Assembly (NCBI GenBank): GCA_013388645.1
Contig: JACAEV010000140.1
Coordinates: 9,700-73,699, forward strand
Origin: Syntrophaceae bacterium
GTDB lineage: Bacteria > Desulfobacterota > BSN033 > UBA1163
Length of the DNA stretch: 64,000 bases
Direction of reading: 5' to 3'
A model generated the notes under the pieces. That model saw nothing but the letters and a program-made list of their open reading frames with translations. It searched no databases and was not told the origin of the DNA. The translations under genes and the position numbers were made by a program. Below, in pieces: positions 36,223 through 45,688 of the stretch. Every line of letters starts with the position of its first letter. Position 1 is the first letter of the stretch.

Positions 36223-37041
36223 TTAATGGATAGAAAATCGCCAGGCACAGTACCAATCTGGACGGGGAGGATCAGGAGGGCATCCCAAACATTCTGTCTG
36301 AATCCGAGAATCGATGGTCGCTGCAAAAGTTCGGTACTCAATGATGCCGATGGATTTGCAAGGATAATCTTCTAAGCCTTTGAGCCTGCGGGAAGCCTGG
36401 ACCCGACAGTCGATCATGCGGAAGACAAAGGAGTCCGATTTTTCTTCCACGAAATCCTGTTTATTGATACGGGCGTATAACCGAAATTGAAGTGCTGTTT
36501 TGAGAGCATCCAATCCACCCTGTTGTGGCAAGTCCAATAGGGTTTTGATATGGTAAGCTTCATAAGGAGAAAATCGGGTCCAGCAGGTATCATTACATCG
36601 TTTTGCATCAAAAATTCCAAACTTTTTTTCAACAGTCTGGAACCATACTCCGTCATTGGCCAACCAATTGAGGGCAAGGGAATCTAAGAGCTCATTCAAC
36701 TGATTTTCGTCCATCCGATATAAAACCGCTGGTATTCCTTGTTGTAGTTCAATGTTGAGAAGTTTAGCAACCCGTTTCAATTGAATTGCTAAACTGGTTG
36801 CCCCAACCTCTTTTTCCATCTCAAGGGCAACTTCCATTCCATATTGGTACTCCACTTCCTTGAGCCAATAACCATAATGAACCAGAGTACGCCAAAAGGC
36901 ATCTAAAATCCAACGAATCAGAAATTCCTTTTCAAGTTTTGTCGATAATTCCATTCTCTTTTTATTCTCCTCCATTTCCTCTCTCTTTTTCTGTTCGCCA
37001 AGGTCATTCAGAATGATAAAGCAGAGGTGACACCATGGCAA
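36223..37041 (-). CDS. Hypothetical protein with C-terminal Cys-rich region
   Basis: Track ORF; last gene of a minus-strand operon. Start uncertain (overlaps the upstream gene by 34 nt). Confidence 0.35.
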   Translation of the reverse strand: MPWCHLCFIILNDLGEQKKREEMEENKKRMELSTKLEKEFLIRWILDAFWRTLVHYGYWLKEVEYQYGMEVALEMEKEVGATSLAIQLKRVAKLLNIELQQGIPAVLYRMDENQLNELLDSLALNWLANDGVWFQTVEKKFGIFDAKRCNDTCWTRFSPYEAYHIKTLLDLPQQGGLDALKTALQFRLYARINKQDFVEEKSDSFVFRMIDCRVQASRRLKGLEDYPCKSIGIIEYRTFAATIDSRIQTECLGCPPDPPRPDWYCAWRFSIH

Positions 37042-37670
37042 CGGGAAGCCGTGCTGATCAATATTAGCCGGTTTGACTTTTTCTTTTTTTTAATATCCTC
37101 CAACAAGTCCAACAGCGCTTTGGTTCGAAATCCTCCCACTCCTGGGCCGAGTTGTTCACTTCGGATTACCATTGATTCAAAAGGCCCTCTCAAATCTTTT
37201 AAAATCTGATAAAGAGGTTTTTCACGCCTTTTCCCGGTTGCCGTGCAATATCGAGAAGGTTCCGGGCAATCTTCAGAACATAAGAAATCAGCAAGGCTGG
37301 TATAGAGATCGCCTGTTTTGCCTATCATGGGGTTGGGCAATCCAGGAAGGGCAGGGACTTTAATCCTTTTGGCCCCGATAGGTTTCAGCTGGGATAAAAT
37401 GAATTCGAAAGCAAAGTGAAGGGGGAGGGCAGCGATAATATAGTCGGCCTTTAAACCTTTTGATAAAAATTGATTTAGATAGAGTATCCCGTCACAGACT
37501 GCAGTTTGAATTGGAAGCCGAGAGACTTTTTGGAGTGCCTTTTTATTTTTATCAACAACGATGATTCTTGAACGAGCATTTTTTTGAGAGAGTTTTTCTG
37601 CAGCCCGGCCTCCAAAACGGCCACATCCGATGATGAGGAATGAAGGTGAACGATTAGAATAAGACATCAA
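37008..37670 (-). CDS. Rossmann-fold NAD(P)-binding protein (TrkA-N-like GxGxxG) with C-terminal CxxxCx6C cluster
   Basis: FLIIGCGRFGGRAAEKL dinucleotide-binding fold and FLCSEDCPEPSRYC Cys motif. Function unknown. Confidence 0.4.
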   Translation of the reverse strand: MMSYSNRSPSFLIIGCGRFGGRAAEKLSQKNARSRIIVVDKNKKALQKVSRLPIQTAVCDGILYLNQFLSKGLKADYIIAALPLHFAFEFILSQLKPIGAKRIKVPALPGLPNPMIGKTGDLYTSLADFLCSEDCPEPSRYCTATGKRREKPLYQILKDLRGPFESMVIRSEQLGPGVGGFRTKALLDLLEDIKKKKKSNRLILISTASRCHGVTSALSF

Positions 37671-37709
37671 AATACTTTTTTATCAATAAAAAATAATCAG
37701 ATTTTTGAA

Positions 37710-38753
37710 CTACCTCTGTGAAAAGGTGTCCCATGCGGACTTCTTTCCAGCGGAAACCATCGCACGTATATTCTCAGGGGGCGCATTGACAGGGACCGTG
37801 CAACCTGAGGATAAGATGTAATTCCCCTTCGTGCCTGCAACCGATATCATCAGACGCAAACTTTCTTTTTCCACTTTCTCTGGATTTCCGAATACTAATA
37901 CATCGGTTGGATCAAGATTGCCCATCAGACCAATGTCCTCCCCCAGAATCTTTCGGGCTTCATCCATATTAACTTTACTATCCAAACTTAAACAGTCCAC
38001 CCCCGTCCCCATCATTGTTTCCAGTCGGTCAGTGGTATCACCGCATATGTGCATAATGATTTTAGCTCCCAACTTCTTAAGAGCGGAGACAACCTTAGTT
38101 GTATAGGGTTGGGCGAAAGTCATCCATATTTTAGAGGAGATCACATCACCGGATGACATGGGATCTGAAATGAAAAGGACATCCGCCCCGGCATGAAGGA
38201 GAGCTGTTCCCCAAACGATTTGAGTGGATACACAAAGTTCTAATAGGTCTTTTACAGATTGGGGACTTTTATAAACGTCTGTTAAAATTTTATCAGGACT
38301 TCGAAGCATGGAGGCATGTCGAAAAGGAGCTTGAAGATAACCTAAAACCGGGATCTCCTTTCCGACTTTTCCCTTAAGCAGATATATCCCTTCTAATACA
38401 ATTGGCATACGGCCATCCTTGTATGGGTCAGGGATTTTAAGCTTTGGAAGATCTTTCTTATAGTCCTTTATTGCGAACTCGATGACGGAGGGGAACGCAT
38501 CTTCCGGGAACTTTAGCTTTGATCCCATAGCCTCAGACTCACAGTGAATGCCTCCAAGGTCTCGCACCATGTCATAATCAAATTCCTGAACGCAGAGGTA
38601 TTGAGAATGGGCATACTTGCTTGCATCAAGAATAGCCTCATAAGCTTTAAATCCAGCTTGACGCACACACCACTCCCTCACGAGAGGAAATACTGGAATT
38701 CTATCAGGTTTCTGTCCATCCAAAACAGACATAATTCTTTCGTAAGAATTCAT
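37710..38753 (-). CDS. Uroporphyrinogen decarboxylase (URO-D) superfamily protein, MtaA/MtbA-like methyltransferase type
   Basis: DRIPVFPLVREWCV N-terminus and overall URO-D fold motifs. Confidence 0.7.
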   Translation of the reverse strand: MNSYERIMSVLDGQKPDRIPVFPLVREWCVRQAGFKAYEAILDASKYAHSQYLCVQEFDYDMVRDLGGIHCESEAMGSKLKFPEDAFPSVIEFAIKDYKKDLPKLKIPDPYKDGRMPIVLEGIYLLKGKVGKEIPVLGYLQAPFRHASMLRSPDKILTDVYKSPQSVKDLLELCVSTQIVWGTALLHAGADVLFISDPMSSGDVISSKIWMTFAQPYTTKVVSALKKLGAKIIMHICGDTTDRLETMMGTGVDCLSLDSKVNMDEARKILGEDIGLMGNLDPTDVLVFGNPEKVEKESLRLMISVAGTKGNYILSSGCTVPVNAPPENIRAMVSAGKKSAWDTFSQR

Positions 38754-38769
38754 CTCTTCTTTTTGCTCC

Positions 38770-39284
38770 TCAATCGTCTATTTTCCTACTTTCATTCCGG
38801 AGTCTTAAAATAATCTCTGAAGCGATCTTGGCAGCAATTCCACAAACTTCTGGACATCCCTTTCGACTATGGCCACCCATACTGTGAAAGTTCTCTCTTT
38901 CCTCCGGGATATGCATCCGATAAACTTTTCCAAATCGGATTCGATGAATTTCTTGACACAAGGTATGACCTATTTTCTCCTTGAATTTTGCGAACATTTC
39001 CATGGCGGGCTCCATCGCCTTCTGATATTGCTCCTTGTCCTCAAGTTTTTCGCGCCCAACGACTGTACCGATTGCCATCAATGAACCCAATAAAGCACCA
39101 CAGGTCTCGCCCTGGCGAGCAACGCCACCTGCGAGGGTGCTTGCGGATTTAAAAACCTCTTTATTCCCAATTTGTAATTTCTCTTGCAAAGCTGCAAGAA
39201 CGGATTGGCTTCACCCAAAATAATCCATATCATATTGAAGGGCCAATTTAAAAATTTCTTCGGCTAGATGGTTTTCTTTTTCCA
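38770..39284 (-). CDS. C_GCAxxG_C_C-family putative redox protein, selenocysteine-containing variant (in-frame TGA at 39210..39212, minus strand)
   Basis: Minus-strand ATG at 39284 with RBS GAGGTGA gives MEKENHLAEEIFKLALQYDMDYFG-TGA-SQSVLAAL... The TGA replaces the conserved first Cys, and ETCGALLG plus the C-terminal GCPEVCG complete the family signature. A hairpin UUCUUGCA/GCUU/UGCAAGAA starts 10 nt after the TGA. Frame continuity across a T-homopolymer near 39178..39182 follows the ORF track, which implies one more T than I count in the printed text. Confidence 0.5.
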
Positions 39285-39437
39285 TTCATCACCTCGGCTG
39301 GGGCGGAGTATAAAACCCTTGACTTCATTAATATTTGTTCCCAACTTCGTACTATTCGTAATTAAAAAAAAAGATATTGTCAAGAAGCCAAATTAAAATC
39401 AAAAAAAGCGCTTGACTTTTTTAGAGGATGAATTAAA

Positions 39438-39457
39438 CTGGTCTGAAGTTAGACCAG
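39438..39457. promoter_or_regulatory. FadR/GntR-type operator-like inverted repeat CTGGTCT-N6-AGACCAG overlapping a TTGACT-N16-TAAACT promoter
   Basis: Read from the sequence ~45 nt upstream of the GntR/FadR-family gene. It contains the TGGT...ACCA half-sites characteristic of FadR-subfamily operators. Confidence 0.45.
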
Positions 39458-39500
39458 ATTTTAAAAAGCATTTAAATTGATAAGGACAAAAATTAGGAAG

Positions 39501-40304
39501 ATGTATTCCTTTAAAGCGATCAAAAAAGATTCATTATCTCAGCGGATAGAAAAAGATATCAAAAACGCAATCGCCTCTCGAATTTATAAACCTCTTGAAA
39601 AATTGCCTTCCGAAAGGGATCTTATGGGTCAATTCAATGTCAGTCGTACCACCATCCGGGAGGCTTTAATGAGTTTACAGAGCAGCGGTTTGATTTTTGT
39701 AAAAAGAGGAATGAATGCAGGCGCCTATGTAGCTGAGATCAATCCGGATCCAATCACAGAGAATTTTCAAAACCTGATTAAATTTGGAAAGATTAACTTT
39801 GTTCATCTTACAGAGGCACGGTTATATATCGAACCCGAAGCTGCCAGAATTGCAGCCATTTGCAGATCAGAGAAAGATCTTGCGACACTTAACGAGCTCC
39901 TGGCAAAAGCCGAGGCCAGTAATCAGACTTCAGTCAAAGAGGCGCGCTTGATCAATGTCCGTTTCCATGTGGAAGTTGCAAAGGTTACTCAAAATCCGAT
40001 TATCATTTTTATCTCAGAGTCCGTCACACAAGTCTTTTCGGCAGGTCTGATTGAGCGGACGAAACTCAGTAAAGCGGATGTGTTGAAAAATATTGATGCC
40101 CATCGATATATCTTGGATTCGATCATTCGAAAGGATGAAAAAGAAGCCTATGAAAGAGCCAAGAGCCATATTTTAGGGGTTTACCATACCTATCGCCGGA
40201 TTATCCCTAACGTTCCCCGAAGCGATATCAGGGGACTCGAAAACCGGTTGGGGGATTTTAAAAAGGACGGAAAAGGCAAATCCAGGGTGACTTTCAGGGG
40301 ATGA
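39501..40304 (+). CDS. GntR/FadR-family transcriptional regulator
   Basis: LPSERDLMGQFNVSRTTIREALMSLQSSGLIFVKRGMNAGAYVA winged HTH and an FCD-like C-terminal domain. ATG 39501 is in frame with the TTG-initiated track ORF. Confidence 0.75.
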   Translation: MYSFKAIKKDSLSQRIEKDIKNAIASRIYKPLEKLPSERDLMGQFNVSRTTIREALMSLQSSGLIFVKRGMNAGAYVAEINPDPITENFQNLIKFGKINFVHLTEARLYIEPEAARIAAICRSEKDLATLNELLAKAEASNQTSVKEARLINVRFHVEVAKVTQNPIIIFISESVTQVFSAGLIERTKLSKADVLKNIDAHRYILDSIIRKDEKEAYERAKSHILGVYHTYRRIIPNVPRSDIRGLENRLGDFKKDGKGKSRVTFRG

Positions 40305-40494
40305 GGATCATTTGCCAGAGCCGATTGGATATCGAGATGGATATAATTTAATCCTGAGAAAATCGGGAGGGCGAAAGGATCGGAATGGAAAGGCAGTCTC
40401 CATTCAGAACGGGAAGGTGGGAGGGAGAGAAAGAAGAATGTGGAAAAAGAAAAAAGTTGGAATTAATTTTTTAACCAAGAAAGGAGGAGAGACC

Positions 40495-41481
40495 ATGATG
40501 AAAAGAGTTTCATTGCTTGAGTTGGCGGGGGTTGTGATTCTCATTACGACTTTTGTTCTATTTGGGGGGACAGAGATTTCATGGGCTCAAAAGTCCGTTA
40601 GAATTTCTATCGCCACAGGTGGAACAGGCGGGGTCTGGTATCCCTATGGGGGAGCCATGGCCAATGTGATTTCGAAATACCTTTCTGAGGTTGAAGCAAC
40701 GGCCGAAGTCACCGCCGCTTCCGTGGACAATGCGAGGTTATTGGGAGCTGGTAAGGTTGATGTTGCTTTCATATTCGGAGACGTTGGTTACGATGCGTTT
40801 TTGGGGAAGGGGGTCTTTAAAGAAAAAATACCCACCATGCGTTGCATCGCTTCCCTATACCCCTCCGTGACTCATATCGTAACCCGGGAGGGGACGGGAA
40901 TCGAAAAAGTTGCGGACCTAAAGGGGAAAAGAATTTCGACAGGGGCTCCTGGAAGCGCAACGGAGGTCATCGCCAATAGAATCCTGGAGGCTTATGGAGT
41001 GGATCCTGACCGAGACATAAAAAAGGATCGACTGAGTGTGGCGGAGTCTGTGGGGGCATTAAAAGATAGAAAAGTGGACGCTTTTTTCTGGACCGGAGGG
41101 ATTCCAACCTCTGCGATCATGGACATCTGTGCCACTCCTGGCATCAAGGCAAAGCTATTAGAGAACGCTGAGGCGCTTCCGAAACTGATATCCAAATTCG
41201 GTCCGATTTATTACAAGAGCATATGCCCTAAGAATACCTATCCGGGAATTGACTATGATGTGGCCACCGTGACAGCAGGCAATTTTCTATCCTGTCTCGA
41301 AAAGGTGGATGAGAAGCTGGTCTATAGTATTATCAAGACACTTTTTGATCACCGGGACGAATTAATTAAAACCCATAAAGTCGCTCTGCAGCTCAAATTA
41401 GAGGATGCAGTGGAAGGATCTCCTTATCCATACCACCCGGGGGCCATCAAGTACTATAAAGAAAAAGGGGTTTGGAAATGA
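40495..41481 (+). CDS. TAXI-family TRAP transporter solute receptor
   Basis: Signal peptide MMKRVSLLELAGVVILITTFVLFGG and ISIATGGTGGVWYPYGGAMANVIS, typical of TAXI-type periplasmic binding proteins. RBS AAGGAGGAG precedes ATG 40495. Confidence 0.7.
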   Translation: MMKRVSLLELAGVVILITTFVLFGGTEISWAQKSVRISIATGGTGGVWYPYGGAMANVISKYLSEVEATAEVTAASVDNARLLGAGKVDVAFIFGDVGYDAFLGKGVFKEKIPTMRCIASLYPSVTHIVTREGTGIEKVADLKGKRISTGAPGSATEVIANRILEAYGVDPDRDIKKDRLSVAESVGALKDRKVDAFFWTGGIPTSAIMDICATPGIKAKLLENAEALPKLISKFGPIYYKSICPKNTYPGIDYDVATVTAGNFLSCLEKVDEKLVYSIIKTLFDHRDELIKTHKVALQLKLEDAVEGSPYPYHPGAIKYYKEKGVWK

Positions 41482-41497
41482 GGGGGAGGGGGGAAGG

Positions 41498-42859
41498 ATG
41501 GAAGAGATATTGGCAAAGATCGTTCATCACCTCACGAAGACCCAATTCGATGATCTTCCTGCCACTGTTATTGATCATACAAAGAAATTTATTGTTGATT
41601 CATTTGGTGTGGCAATTGCTGGAGGATCCGCTCCTGGATGCAAAGAGGTAGCGGACCTTGTTCGATCATGGGGAGGGAAACCAGAGGCCACCCTCTTGGG
41701 ATATGAGGGGAAAGTTCCTTCTCCTTCAGCCGCTTTTGCCAATAGTGTGATGATGCATGCGTTGGATTTCGATGATACCTTGGATGAATCAGCGCTACAT
41801 GCCCATGTGACTGTTTTGCCATCTGCGTTAGCTGTGGCAGAGGCCATGGGTGGAGTCTCGGGGAAAGATCTCATCACTGCGGTGACTTTAGGCGTAGACT
41901 TAGTTTGTCGGTTGGGATTAGCTACACGGAGGCCATTATCGTGGGTCCGTACAGCGACCTGTGGATCCTTCGGAGCGGCTGCTGCCTCAGGAAAAATATT
42001 AAGATTGGATAAAGAAGAAATGTGGAACGCTCTTGGGGTGGTTTATAGTCAAGCTTCTGGGAACGCACAATGCCTTATTGATGGAGGACTCGTCAAACGG
42101 ATGCAACCTGGTTTTTCTGCAAAAGCTGGGGTCTTTTCTGTTTTTTTAGCAAAGAAGGGAATTACAGGAGCCAAAGATCTCTTTGAAGGGCCATATGGAT
42201 TTTTTAATCTCTATGAGGGAGGCGATTATGACCGAGAGAGCATATTGACAGGATTTGGAAAACAATTTGAAGGGGTGAAATTGAGCATTAAGCCTTATCC
42301 CTCCTGTCGCATGACCCATGCCTCCATCGATGCGGCCATTGCGGTAAGAGAAAATTATAAGATCAACCCATCCGAGATTGAAGAGGTGGTCGTCCGCGTT
42401 TCCCCAATGGTGTTTAATATGGTTGGATCTCCATTTGTCATTCGTGAAAATCCCCAGGTGGATGCTCAATTCAGCATCCCCTATAATGTGGCAGTGGGAA
42501 TGATCAAAGGAGAGGTCTTCTTAAAAGATTTCGACGAGCGCTACATCAGGGATCCTCAAGTTCTCGAATTATCCAGGAAAATAAGAGTGGAGATTGATCC
42601 AGGTTTACCGGAAAGAGATATGATGTCTGCGGATCTCCAGGTGAAGACCAAGAATAACATTTTCTATAAGAAAGTCGATAAGGTAAAAGGAAATCCTTTA
42701 AATCCTATGGATATGAATGAATGTGTCAAAAAATTTATGAAATGTATTGAGTATAGTGAAAATCCCAATATGGAGAAAAAGGCCAAGGAGATCTTGGACG
42801 CTTTAATCGATCTCGACCAGTTGAGGGATATTAGTGTTCTGATGCGGTTATTTGTATAA
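41498..42859 (+). CDS. MmgE/PrpD-family protein (2-methylcitrate dehydratase / cis-aconitate decarboxylase superfamily)
   Basis: The N-terminal region (ILAKIVHHLTKTQFDDLPATVIDHTKKFIVDSFGVAIAG) and ~450-aa length are consistent with the PrpD fold. Confidence 0.7.
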   Translation: MEEILAKIVHHLTKTQFDDLPATVIDHTKKFIVDSFGVAIAGGSAPGCKEVADLVRSWGGKPEATLLGYEGKVPSPSAAFANSVMMHALDFDDTLDESALHAHVTVLPSALAVAEAMGGVSGKDLITAVTLGVDLVCRLGLATRRPLSWVRTATCGSFGAAAASGKILRLDKEEMWNALGVVYSQASGNAQCLIDGGLVKRMQPGFSAKAGVFSVFLAKKGITGAKDLFEGPYGFFNLYEGGDYDRESILTGFGKQFEGVKLSIKPYPSCRMTHASIDAAIAVRENYKINPSEIEEVVVRVSPMVFNMVGSPFVIRENPQVDAQFSIPYNVAVGMIKGEVFLKDFDERYIRDPQVLELSRKIRVEIDPGLPERDMMSADLQVKTKNNIFYKKVDKVKGNPLNPMDMNECVKKFMKCIEYSENPNMEKKAKEILDALIDLDQLRDISVLMRLFV

Positions 42860-42968
42860 AGATCTCAAATTAAATGCAGAAAGAATAGAGGTGGAGAACT
42901 TTTGGGCCTCCGTTGAAGAGGCCCTCTTCATTTTTTAAGGAAAATTTATTAAAGGGAAGGGATCGAAT

Positions 42969-44414
42969 GTGACTCGTAAGGCATCTCCTGAAGTAACGAA
43001 ATTGGTGGATGAATTGGCAACGATTGTAACTAAGAAATATGTGTCAGCTCATATTTTTGAGAGGATAAAAAGTTCAATCGATACCTTTCCTTATGAAGCA
43101 GAGAAAGAGAATCTGCCCTATGCGATTGTGATGCCAAAATCGAAGAACGAGGTTAGTGAGATTTTGAAGTATGCCAATCGAAGAGAAATCCCTGTATTTA
43201 TCCGAGGGTCAGGGACTTCTTTTACCGGTGCTTCACGGTACCATATTCCAGGCATCGTCATCAACACACATCGAATGAATGACATAGAAGTCTTTGAAGA
43301 CTTTGGTTTTTTTGAATGCGGACCAGGATGTATTTGTGAATCAGTAGCGAAGGAGATCGAAACGCGAGGTTACTTCCTTCCATTTGCCCCTGGCAGTCGA
43401 TTAATTGCAAGCATGGGTGGATTAATTGCCAATAATACCAGCGCTCATATCGTCGATGCCAGTGTTGGAAAGCCTGGGGATTATGTGCTTGGCCTCGAAG
43501 TGGTGCTTCCAAATGGGGAGATCATAGAGACGGGAACGAAAGGGTTACGAAGACCAGCGGGCACGGACTTGACCAAGTGGTTTGTAGGAGGGGATGGACT
43601 TTTAGGTGTGGTGACCAGGATCCGGATGAGACTTGCCCCCGCATTTGAAAGGGCCTATGGGATTGCGATTTACCAAGATCTCAAATCCCTCGCAAAGGGT
43701 GTTCAGAGAATATATAGGGAGAGGCGGCCCCTTCCTTTATTTATGGAATTTATGGAGAAGGAGACCGCTAAAATTGGATATAAGATTAAGGGGCTTGAAA
43801 TTCCAAAAGGATCGGTCATTCTGTTTGTGAGCACAGGAAATTCAAAAGAGGAGGCCTCTCAGAAGGCCGAACAGATATTGAGTTCGCTACGTGCTGAGAA
43901 TCCGATGGAGGCCCAACTCATTAAAGATATCGAGTTATGGGAAAAACTTTGGTCATCTCGTGAAGTGATTGGGTCTTACCTCATGCAAGAAAGCGGAAAT
44001 CAATGGTCTTCTGCCGAAGTGGTCTCCAATCTCATGGAACTTGAAGCGTGTATGGAGGATGCGTCCCATTTCAATCAAGATTTACCGGTGCTCAGCCAAT
44101 TGACTCTCTATCTGTTTGGACACATTGGAGGTTTGACGATGCACCCTGGTGTGATCATCCCTAAAGAATGGGATAATGAGAAAAAGAAGAGGGCGGTTGA
44201 TGAGAAATTTCAGAGAGAGGCTGAATTAAATCTAAAGTATCATACCTGTGGCGGGGAGTGGGGCCAATTTGCGAAACGGGCGCCCTTTTTTATCATGCGG
44301 TATGGAGAAGAGAGTTATGAATTGATGAAGAAAATTAAGAAAACTTTTGATCCCAATAATATACTCAATCCGGGAGTTTTGGAGGGGGACTTCAACAATA
44401 AGGAGAATGGATGA
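42969..44414 (+). CDS. FAD-linked oxidase (GlcD / D-lactate dehydrogenase-like FAD-binding subunit)
   Basis: FAD_binding_4 motifs VFIRGSGTSFTGAS and GGDGLLGVVTRIRMRL. GTG start. Confidence 0.75.
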   Translation: MTRKASPEVTKLVDELATIVTKKYVSAHIFERIKSSIDTFPYEAEKENLPYAIVMPKSKNEVSEILKYANRREIPVFIRGSGTSFTGASRYHIPGIVINTHRMNDIEVFEDFGFFECGPGCICESVAKEIETRGYFLPFAPGSRLIASMGGLIANNTSAHIVDASVGKPGDYVLGLEVVLPNGEIIETGTKGLRRPAGTDLTKWFVGGDGLLGVVTRIRMRLAPAFERAYGIAIYQDLKSLAKGVQRIYRERRPLPLFMEFMEKETAKIGYKIKGLEIPKGSVILFVSTGNSKEEASQKAEQILSSLRAENPMEAQLIKDIELWEKLWSSREVIGSYLMQESGNQWSSAEVVSNLMELEACMEDASHFNQDLPVLSQLTLYLFGHIGGLTMHPGVIIPKEWDNEKKKRAVDEKFQREAELNLKYHTCGGEWGQFAKRAPFFIMRYGEESYELMKKIKKTFDPNNILNPGVLEGDFNNKENG

Positions 44415-45631
44415 ATCAAAGGAAGGTGGCCAGAGATCTTCACAGCATAGATGAAGAAGAATATATTGAGGATTTAAAGGGAATTATCCTTGATGCCGCA
44501 AAGAGGTGCAGGAACTGCAATTATTGTTTTACGATTTGTCCTTTGTTCCATTCGACACGCGGGTTTATGAGTCAAACTCCTTCTGGCATTATGCAATCGA
44601 TCAACTATGCCTTAAAATGGGACGTCTTTAAGGGAGAAGATCAAGAAATTTTACGAGATCTTTTGTATCTTTGTACGACATGTAACGGATGTGTTCTACG
44701 ATGCAAATCCAAAGCAACGGGGCTCCCCGTTTTAGATGCAATCGAGGCGGGAAGAAAATTATTGAGGGAGATGATGATTGGCCCTCTCCCACAACAGAGA
44801 AAACCTCTAAAAGATATCTATTTATATGGCAATCCCTATGGGGAAAAGCCTGAGAGAAGAGTCGATTGGACGAAGGGATTGAAGGTGAAAATAATCCCTC
44901 CCGAGAGAGCAGAGGTTTTATTTTATGTGGGATGTACCACTGCCTACGAACCTAGCCTGCATCTGATAGGAAAAAGTCTGGTCAGACTGCTTCAATCCCT
45001 TCATGTCGATTTTGGAATTTTAAACGAAGAGGTTTGCTGTGGGGAACCTGCCAGAAGGATGGGGGATGAGGGTCTATTTCAAGAAATGATGAACCGAAAC
45101 CTCGATCAATTTAAGAGTTATGGCATAAAAACGATCGTATCCATCTCACCCCATTGTTTTAATACTTTCTTGAATGAATATCCAACCATCCAGGAGGAGA
45201 TAAAAATTCAACATTACACAGAGTTCTTGGCAGAGGCATTCAAAGGGAAGAAGCCATTGTTCAAGAAAGAAATCTCCTCTGTCATTACCTATCATGACCC
45301 CTGTTACCTTGGTAAACATAATCAGATTTTCAACGCCCCGAGGGAACTTTTGCAGATGATCCCTGGGGTGAAATTGGTTGAGATGAAGATGACAAGGGAA
45401 GAGAGTCTCTGTTGTGGGGGCGGAGGGGGAAGAATGTTTGCCGAGGTGGAGGAGGAACGAAGGTTATCCGATATGCGAATCACTCAAGCTCTGGAGGCCG
45501 GGGCAAATATCATTGCCACCGCGTGTCCTTGGTGTTACAAAATGCTCCAAAATTCGATTCAGGATTCTAATCTCGAGGATAAGATAAGGGCTAAAGATAT
45601 CTCAATCATTTTAAGTGAAGCCTTGAATTGA
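44411..45631 (+). CDS. Fe-S oxidoreductase with two 4Fe-4S motifs and two CCG domains (GlcF/LutA/HdrD-like)
   Basis: CRNCNYCFTICP and CTTCNGCVLRC ferredoxin motifs. CCGEPA and CCGGGGG cysteine-rich CCG domains. Overlaps the FAD oxidase gene by 4 nt. Confidence 0.75.
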   Translation: MNQRKVARDLHSIDEEEYIEDLKGIILDAAKRCRNCNYCFTICPLFHSTRGFMSQTPSGIMQSINYALKWDVFKGEDQEILRDLLYLCTTCNGCVLRCKSKATGLPVLDAIEAGRKLLREMMIGPLPQQRKPLKDIYLYGNPYGEKPERRVDWTKGLKVKIIPPERAEVLFYVGCTTAYEPSLHLIGKSLVRLLQSLHVDFGILNEEVCCGEPARRMGDEGLFQEMMNRNLDQFKSYGIKTIVSISPHCFNTFLNEYPTIQEEIKIQHYTEFLAEAFKGKKPLFKKEISSVITYHDPCYLGKHNQIFNAPRELLQMIPGVKLVEMKMTREESLCCGGGGGRMFAEVEEERRLSDMRITQALEAGANIIATACPWCYKMLQNSIQDSNLEDKIRAKDISIILSEALN

Positions 45632-45688
45632 TTAAAAACCAATTTTTTTTATTTCCACTGGCCGCATCCCATCAGTTCTAAAAAGCAT

